Shown here piece after piece: positions 56,801 through 64,000 of a stretch of DNA of 64,000 nt (position 1 is the stretch's first letter; the number at the start of each line of letters is the position of its first letter). Origin of the DNA: an uncultured Bacteroidales bacterium (GTDB lineage: Bacteria > Bacteroidota > Bacteroidia > Bacteroidales > FEN-979); assembly GCA_903945175.1 (NCBI GenBank), contig CAJAUM010000070.1:15078-79077 (forward strand), given 5' to 3'. The position numbers were made by a program, and so were the translations under genes. The notes under the pieces were generated by a model. The model was not told where the DNA came from and did not search any database. It saw only the letters and a program-made list of their open reading frames with translations.

Positions 56801-57683
56801 GGTCGGGTTCCTGCTCCCTGCTCTCCTTCTGCACCGTTTTCCGCAGGATTGCTTTACCTTTTATGGAGTTCAGGTATCCTGTGATGATATTGGCCAGGTT
56901 GATAATCAGGTGGCGTTCTTCTTCAAGAAAAGGACCTTCGAACGATGATTGAAATCCTTTCAGATAGCAAATCTGAATATATCCCTGCTGGTTATCGATG
57001 GTTTCAAAATCCTGTTTTTGCATCCATTCCGTCTCGCGAAATGCAGGGGTCTTCACCTCAACATTTGCGTATTTGATCCGGCAAACGGTATATTCAGGGT
57101 ATTGCCATGCTTTCGGCAGGATCAGGCATATCTGGTGCAGGGATTCATCGATGGGTTTTCCGGTACGAAGAATGGCCGTAGTTTGGTTGATCGCCGTCAG
57201 TTCTTTGAGCCGTTCGCGGGTAATATAGCGGCCTTCACGTCCCTTTACGCCATTCAGGTATCCCTCGATCAGGCTCCCCAGGTTTATAAGCAGGTTACGC
57301 TCCTCCTTCAGGAAAGGGCCCTCGTCATTTTCAGGAAATTCCCGGAGATAAAAAATCTCAATGGTTCCCGAAAGGTTATCAATCGTGTCAAAAACCTGTT
57401 CCTGTTTCCACCGTGATTCCCGGAAGCCCTGACTGACAAACTCCATCTCTTCAAACCGCATCCTGGCCACAGCATGGTCGCAATGTTGCCATGCTTTTGG
57501 AAGGATCTGGCAAATTTCGTCCAGCGTTTCGGGAATCGGCTTTCCGGCCTTGATGATGGCCGTGGTTTCATTAATTGCAGATAACTCCTTGAGGCGCTCC
57601 TGGTTGTCGTGCACCAGTTGTTTCAAATCAACGTCATCGGGAATGATTTTCCCGGGTTTCTGATGGTCGTCGGAGAGTTGCAT
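53814..57683 (-). CDS. Receiver / PPDK_N protein with two N-terminal GAF-like repeats, paralog 2
   Basis: Two ~128 aa repeats (ERLKEL...LPKAWQ...GPFLxEERxL), then receiver-like domains (LLVEDS...ISD...QSS...K), LGGKGRGL, AIRSSGLFED, FAGIFET, GPGRWG...SSGSHFFH. The start is inferred at 57683 (ORF track gives 57734). Confidence 0.85.
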   Translation of the reverse strand: MQLSDDHQKPGKIIPDDVDLKQLVHDNQERLKELSAINETTAIIKAGKPIPETLDEICQILPKAWQHCDHAVARMRFEEMEFVSQGFRESRWKQEQVFDTIDNLSGTIEIFYLREFPENDEGPFLKEERNLLINLGSLIEGYLNGVKGREGRYITRERLKELTAINQTTAILRTGKPIDESLHQICLILPKAWQYPEYTVCRIKYANVEVKTPAFRETEWMQKQDFETIDNQQGYIQICYLKGFQSSFEGPFLEEERHLIINLANIITGYLNSIKGKAILRKTVQKESREQEPDPSIPVKYSRKLLQTFLNRTNYNRDLYHDLMPFKVKEILLVANLYDAYSIEKEGRFSEHVLGEFYSLSLSTMPRITGVSTIEEVMEQLNAKHYDLIIIMIGSDKHFPLELSKTVKEQFQYIPVFLLLNSNTEIAKYEEEPEKMVWIDRVFVWNGDSKIFFAMINYLEDKINVENDTTIGMVRVILLVEDSSKYYSLYMPMLYNIVLEQTKNIIEDVTTDELYRILRLKARPKILLASTYEEAIYIFNKYRDNMLCLISDVKFKKDGKLNDNAGFSLVKQTRKELFDLPIVLQSSDEDNAQKAYELKASFINKNSETLLVDFRSFITHYLGFGNFIYRDKEGGQIAVAKSLKEFEDLLKTIPEESLLYHARKDHFSLWLMARGEIQVAKILNPAKVTDFKDPSALREYLINVIQNFRNEQNIGKVIPFEETAIKDEHNILALTEGALGGKGRGLAFVNTLIYNYDFSQHVPNINIRTPKTSIIGTDEFEYFLDRNKLRERAVHETDYDLIKRLFIDGKLTETLIRKLKLIIKHITKPMAIRSSGLFEDSQNQPFAGIFETYLIPNNHPDPAERLEQLMDAIKLVYASVYSPTAKGYIEAVNYRIEQEKMAVVIQEVVGHEYDEVYYPHISGVAQSFNYYPFAHMKPEEGFAVVALGLGRYVVEGEKAFRFAPLYPNLEINSAKDQYKGSQVYFYAVDLKKKAVNLLEGEDAGLCKLDIYDAEMHGTLKHLASVYSIENERISAGLRDAGPRVVNFADILKYNYIPMAKTIEVVLDVVKEALGSPVEIEFAIDLNKDDNYKASFYLLQIKPLIGNVADFEVDMAKVDKNRILLYSEKEMGNGLIDSIEEVVFVDPDTFDKGKTVEMAAEIDKINAEMGKAGKKYILIGPGRWGTRDRWIGVPVVWPQISNAKVIVETSLEGFPLDASSGSHFFHNVTSMNVGYFCVQPELSDSFIRFDVLKAQKDIVKTEYFSIVKFEKPLSVRMDGKKRISVVTWEE

Positions 57684-57746
57684 GAGAATAAATAAGTGAG
57701 GCCTCAAAATTAGAATAAACTTTTCATCTTTCAAACATCCTCAAAC

Positions 57747-60700
57747 CTATTTTTCAATCACGATCTTTCGCGTTAACTGTTCATTCTCAAGTTGCAGGAT
57801 CAGCGAATAGATCCCTCCCGCCAAGGTGCCAAGGTCTATATCCCTCGAAACTTCGCCGAAAACCTTTTGGCCTGGTATGCTGAAAATTTCCTTGCCCAGC
57901 AGATCAATCACCCGGATCGACAGATCCTTTTTCCGGCCATCCGTAATCAGCCGAATGGTGAACTTCCCACTCCCCGGGTTGGGATACACGATCAGCTCTG
58001 CCTTCAATTTTTCATTGACTCCGACCACCATAGCATAGATAATATTGGAGGTATCGGATAAGCAACCGAGCGGATTCACCAGCACAAAATAATGTCCGCT
58101 GTTATTCACGAACTGCCGCTGACTGGTTGCTCCCGGAATAACCTGATTTTCGAAGTACCATTGGTTTCCTGTGGGTGCTGAGGAAACCAGGGTATCTGCA
58201 GTTACCAGGGAAATGACCGGATCAGGGGGATAAGGATTAACCGTGATCGGCAATGCCGGTGAAAAGGGCCCGGGACCACAGGAATTTGCACAGATGACAA
58301 AAATTTCTCCCGATTCGGCCCCCGCATTAAAGTTCACGGTGATGATCGGAGTATTGGCCCCATTGGTGATCACAGTTCCCGGTGGAAGGTTCCAGAAGTA
58401 TCCTGTGGCAAGCGGAACCGGTGCAACACTGTAAACAACTCCATACATGGGTTTGCAAATCTGGGTTTCACCTGTCACTGAACCCGGGGCGCCGGGCACG
58501 GCATTGACCGTGACAGTAAGCGTCCCTGCAACGGCTGAGGCACATCCATTGGAGGAGGTACAATTTACATTGACAGCATGTGCTCCGGTCGTTGTCCAGT
58601 TAATAAGAATTTCGCTGGTGCCCTGTCCGCTTGCGATGACCCCTCCCGATGAAATACTCCAGGTATACGAAATCATCCCAGGTTGAGTCATATAGGCGTA
58701 ATTTACAGCGGTGTTGCATGCCACGGTATTTCCCGAAACCGAAGGCAATGGGAGTACATTGACAGTCACCGCCAATGTGCCGGGAGCCGGGGCGGTACAT
58801 CCGAAGCTGTTCGAATAGTTCACCGAGATGGACTGGGCGCCGGGCGTGTTCCAGGTAACATGAATGCTGTTGGTTCCGGCGCCGGAGGTGATAACGCCCC
58901 CTGATGTGACTGTCCACGAATAAGTTGACATCCCGGGCTGGGTTGTATAAACAACTCCGGCAGTGCCGGCGCAAACTGTTGATACACCTGTTATGGTCGG
59001 GTTCAGCAACCTCACAACAACATTTTTCAATCCGGGCACTGCTGAAGCACAACCATTCGGATCTGTGTAATGTATCGTGATTACCTTTGTTCCGACCGTG
59101 CTCCAGGAAACCTGGATCAGGTTGGAACCTGCTCCGGAAATGATGGTTCCTCCATTCCCGACTGTCCACTGGTAGCCGGTCATGCCTGCCTCCGTCATGA
59201 ACCAAGATAGCTGATTTACACATACCGTGTCATAACCGGCTACTGTTGGTATAGGCAACGGGTTAACCACCACATTTTTGATGGCAGGGCTTGTAGCGGC
59301 ACATCCCGAAGGATTGATATAGTTTACGCTTACAGTCTGATTTCCAATGGCATTCCAGGTCACCGTGATGGCATTGGTCCCGGCACCAGACGTTATGAAT
59401 CCACCGCTTGAAATATTCCAGGTGTAAGCCGACATTCCCGTTTCGGTTGTATAAACCTGGCTGACAGCGCCGATGCATGCTGAGTTCGCTCCGTTTATGC
59501 CGGGTACCGGCGGAACCACCACGGTAATAATTTTGACAGCTGGATTCGATGCCGTGCATCCGTTTGAATTCTGATAATTGACTGTAATTGTTTGCGGGCC
59601 TGTATTGATCCAGCTTACAGTCACCATTGAAGTATTATTTCCCGAAATGATCGTACCTCCCGGCGTGACGGTCCAGTTGTAGGCCGACATGCCATTCTCT
59701 GTCGAAAAAATCGAGGTTGAATTCAAACATCCTGTGGATGTGCCGGTAATGGTTGGATTTGGGAGCGGATTAACCGTCACCGTTTTTACTGCCGGGGTTG
59801 TTGCAACACACCCGTTGGCCCCGGTGTAGGAAACACCTACAAACTGGGTCCCGGGTGTATTCCACGAAACAAGGATTGAATTCGTTGTGGCGCCTGAAGT
59901 AATGGAGCCCCCGGCTGATATGGTCCATACATAATTGTACATCCCGCTCTCGGTGGAATAAGGCACATTGGGGGTGGCAGCACATAAGGAATTACTTCCG
60001 GTGATGGTGGGAACAGGCCTGGTTTTCACAGTCACCGGAAAGGAGGGTGAAACAGGATTGCTGCTGCATGCATTGACGGCCCTGACGGTGATACTGCCGG
60101 AAACTGCAGTTGCCGATGCCTCCAGGGTAATTGAATTGGTGTTCTGCCCCGAAGCTGGAGAAAATCCGGCAGGGTAGGTCCAAATATAACCGGTTGCACC
60201 GGTAACCGCCGGGACTGTATAAACATGGCCTGCCGTTCCCTGGCAAACGGATGAAGGTCCTGTAATGGATGCGGGAGCCGGTAACCCTGTAAAATTCACC
60301 TGTCCGCTCAGGTAATAGGTTGAGGCAGGAAAATCAATCATCACAGTGCCACTTTCATCTTTATATTCACAGTCGGCCGAACTTCCTGAGGTCGTGTTGA
60401 AGATGAGCGGAACAGAATTCAACGCATTGTTAAAAACCAGTTTGGCCAGGGTATCGTTGGCTGAAAGCGATTTCGGCGTTGCATTGGACCATTGTATCAT
60501 GATCTTATTCAAAGTCGATCCTCCGCCTACCGGTGAGGAATTTATCTGCATTCCCGTCAGAATAGCAGGTTTGGCTGCAGATCCAGAGATAAATGTAATG
60601 AGGGCCGGATCATATTCAATGCGGAGCGAAGCAGAGGTGATGTTGGTAAAACCGTTTACCAGCACAGGAATGGAAACCTGATTCCCCGGGCAGACATTCA

Positions 60701-62093
60701 CCGCAGGAATCGAGGTGATTGGAGCATTACGCATGTTGCAAAAATCGGCAGGCAAAGTGACTCCCGGAATCGTGCACAACCTCAGGCGGAATGCCTGTTG
60801 TGCTGCTCCGGCAGGTACCATAAGCACATAATCCATGGCGACTTTGGCATCGAGCTGACTTTGGGTGGATTCTGCCGTGGAAACCCAGGTTTCAGCCGTC
60901 ACTTCGGGAGGAATAACATAGTGACCATTCCAGTTGATGTTGATCAGCGCGTTGTGTGTTCCAACTCCATTGTAGGTTTTTCCGGCAACACCAGTCGCCG
61001 TTACTGAAGCTATTGATTGGTCGGCAGTGACCAGGAGTGAATTGTTGTAAAACCGATAGGACGAAGGAATGGTTCCTGAATAGGTTATTTTCAACACGGA
61101 GCCTGTTAACTGGGTATTCACGGTAATTGCATCCTTGATCAGCAGGTAATCGAGAACCTCCTCCTCCGTTGCCATCCAGATATTATCCAGTCCGTTTTTG
61201 CCATACGTATTGGCCACACTGTTCATTACAGTCTGAAAAGTGGGAAAATCATATCCATAGTTTGCATTATTCACCGCATGGGTGAAATGAACACCCCAAT
61301 GCCGCGCACTGCCCGTGCTTGCCGCTGCCATGGCATTCACCAGTGACACCAACGTGTTGCTGCTGTTGCCGACTCCCCGGCGTCCCATCATGATCTGGTT
61401 GTGATTCCAGTTTGAATTCACGTTAAGACTTGGATCTCCAAGGGTATATCCTTCCCTGTAACACACCAGGGATCCCTGGGCAAATGCGACCGGGGTAAAG
61501 GCCTCAGCGCCGTTGGGATTTACAAATATGCTCATATATATACCGCCGGTAGTGGCCGATTGCGTCTTGCGTTTTACATAACTGTGATTGCGTGCAACAT
61601 CATAGGACAAATTGCCCGAAGAGGAGGAGGTGAGACCGTGATTCGAAACACCCCAATTATGTTGGTAAATTTCATTTAATTCAGGCCATGTTACGTTGAG
61701 CAGCGCATATCCTCCGTTTGGATCATGCATGTCCGTCTCTCCACCTCCATAAGTTGAGAAGGAAAACAGCGAAGTACTCATCTTGAAATTGAGATCATTT
61801 CCACATCCATCGGTGAATTTCAACCCCGGGAAAGTCGTACCGGCCACAGTCCCTCCTTCAAAAAAGGGATAGCCATGTGAATAAATATCCTTCTCGCCAT
61901 CGTCAATCTGAAAACTGTACGCAAATGATTTATTATAACGCAGTGGAGCTTTGGCAACTGTGAAGATAGAAGGCGGAGATGCAAACGTTACAGTGACAAT
62001 TATATTCTGAAGACTATCAATTTGCTGGGCCGAAGCACCGGACACAAGCACTGTAAAAAGTAACATCTGTAAGGCGATGCTGTATGATCTCAT
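57747..62093 (-). CDS. T9SS-secreted multidomain protein: CE4/deacetylase-like domain, cohesin-like domain, 8 PKD/Ig-like repeats, type A CTD
   Basis: Signal peptide, FQIDDG...TWPEL...VSNHG, VSIPVLV...LRIEYDP, eight ~85 aa repeats (PTITG..C...Y.W...GG.I.SG.GTN...W), C-terminal VYPNP...DLLGKEI...GIY...KIVIEK. Confidence 0.82.
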   Translation of the reverse strand: MRSYSIALQMLLFTVLVSGASAQQIDSLQNIIVTVTFASPPSIFTVAKAPLRYNKSFAYSFQIDDGEKDIYSHGYPFFEGGTVAGTTFPGLKFTDGCGNDLNFKMSTSLFSFSTYGGGETDMHDPNGGYALLNVTWPELNEIYQHNWGVSNHGLTSSSSGNLSYDVARNHSYVKRKTQSATTGGIYMSIFVNPNGAEAFTPVAFAQGSLVCYREGYTLGDPSLNVNSNWNHNQIMMGRRGVGNSSNTLVSLVNAMAAASTGSARHWGVHFTHAVNNANYGYDFPTFQTVMNSVANTYGKNGLDNIWMATEEEVLDYLLIKDAITVNTQLTGSVLKITYSGTIPSSYRFYNNSLLVTADQSIASVTATGVAGKTYNGVGTHNALININWNGHYVIPPEVTAETWVSTAESTQSQLDAKVAMDYVLMVPAGAAQQAFRLRLCTIPGVTLPADFCNMRNAPITSIPAVNVCPGNQVSIPVLVNGFTNITSASLRIEYDPALITFISGSAAKPAILTGMQINSSPVGGGSTLNKIMIQWSNATPKSLSANDTLAKLVFNNALNSVPLIFNTTSGSSADCEYKDESGTVMIDFPASTYYLSGQVNFTGLPAPASITGPSSVCQGTAGHVYTVPAVTGATGYIWTYPAGFSPASGQNTNSITLEASATAVSGSITVRAVNACSSNPVSPSFPVTVKTRPVPTITGSNSLCAATPNVPYSTESGMYNYVWTISAGGSITSGATTNSILVSWNTPGTQFVGVSYTGANGCVATTPAVKTVTVNPLPNPTITGTSTGCLNSTSIFSTENGMSAYNWTVTPGGTIISGNNTSMVTVSWINTGPQTITVNYQNSNGCTASNPAVKIITVVVPPVPGINGANSACIGAVSQVYTTETGMSAYTWNISSGGFITSGAGTNAITVTWNAIGNQTVSVNYINPSGCAATSPAIKNVVVNPLPIPTVAGYDTVCVNQLSWFMTEAGMTGYQWTVGNGGTIISGAGSNLIQVSWSTVGTKVITIHYTDPNGCASAVPGLKNVVVRLLNPTITGVSTVCAGTAGVVYTTQPGMSTYSWTVTSGGVITSGAGTNSIHVTWNTPGAQSISVNYSNSFGCTAPAPGTLAVTVNVLPLPSVSGNTVACNTAVNYAYMTQPGMISYTWSISSGGVIASGQGTSEILINWTTTGAHAVNVNCTSSNGCASAVAGTLTVTVNAVPGAPGSVTGETQICKPMYGVVYSVAPVPLATGYFWNLPPGTVITNGANTPIITVNFNAGAESGEIFVICANSCGPGPFSPALPITVNPYPPDPVISLVTADTLVSSAPTGNQWYFENQVIPGATSQRQFVNNSGHYFVLVNPLGCLSDTSNIIYAMVVGVNEKLKAELIVYPNPGSGKFTIRLITDGRKKDLSIRVIDLLGKEIFSIPGQKVFGEVSRDIDLGTLAGGIYSLILQLENEQLTRKIVIEK

Positions 62094-62252
62094 AAATTTT
62101 CATTTCAATTGATAATGCTAAGATAATCTTTGTTGAATTGAATCAGAAATTTTATTAAAAAAAAACCGGGATGATTGTCTTTGCTATCAGAAATTTTGTT
62201 TAAAATTGTGAATTATTTCACACGCCCTTAATTTTCAACTCTCAATCATTAA

Positions 62253-63626
<1,374 letters not shown>

Positions 63627-63645
63627 ACTGATCCGTTCATTTTGA

Positions 63646-63690
63646 TTTAAAGGGGAATCCAGGAAACCGGGTTCCCCTTTAAAGTTTTTT
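63646..63690. terminator. Probable bidirectional intrinsic terminator
   Basis: tttaaaggggaatcc-aggaaacc-gggttcccctttaaa followed by a T tract, between gdhA and a convergent gene. Confidence 0.75.
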
Positions 63691-64000
63691 ACTTGTGATC
63701 AAAGCAAGTACGACCATGAAACCGGCATAGAGCGTCGATGTGGTCAGGAGGATCAGGCTTGATGCAATCATCCCATGTTGTGGGACAAAAATAAGATTGA
63801 GAATAACATTCAGGAAAACACAAACCCCGATGGCGATCAACATATATGCTGTCCGATATGTCAGTTCAAGAAACCGTTGAAGAAGCAGCGCCACCTGCCA
63901 TAAAAAAGAGGCCATCAGCACAGGCAGGTAGAGGAGCCAGAAATCCATTTCAGGAATTTCCAACACCTCAGCAAACAGCATGGGCTTACTGACCATAAAT
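63679..64000 (-). CDS. 3' end of a polysaccharide flippase-like (Wzx/MATE) membrane protein, truncated by the window edge
   Basis: Consecutive TM helices with LNVILNLIFVPQHGMIASS, typical of a polysaccharide-biosynthesis C-terminal domain. Confidence 0.6.
   Translation of the reverse strand, partial: FMVSKPMLFAEVLEIPEMDFWLLYLPVLMASFLWQVALLLQRFLELTYRTAYMLIAIGVCVFLNVILNLIFVPQHGMIASSLILLTTSTLYAGFMVVLALITSKKL

Overview
This is a gene-dense chromosomal segment of an anaerobic Bacteroidota organism, probably Bacteroidales-like. The assignment rests on TAnnTTTG promoter boxes, a T9SS cargo protein, lptD/mlaD/amidase and tgt-lptF/G synteny, and futalosine-pathway MqnD. No rRNA, tRNA, CRISPR array or prophage was seen. 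Most genes are envelope or housekeeping genes. Five things stand out. (1) An intact archaeal-type gatE-gatD Glu-tRNA(Gln) amidotransferase pair. (2) A ~14 kb minus-strand unit in which two PPDK-N/receiver/His-motif paralogs, one with two GAF-like sensor repeats, flank a NuoE/NuoF/GltD-NuoG (Stn/Bfu-type) flavin-FeS complex and a ferritin-like gene. It lies near gdhA and may be a dikinase-based signalling system tied to NADPH supply and nitrogen assimilation. (3) An ECF sigma / membrane anti-sigma-like / TPR-less exported CHAT protease triad. (4) An in-frame fusion of MqnD to a fold-III PLP decarboxylase. (5) A family of 7-8 nt intergenic tandem repeats, plus a RAYT-like HUH gene and a REP-like doublet. 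All calls come from motif recognition in the supplied translations; no database searches were run.
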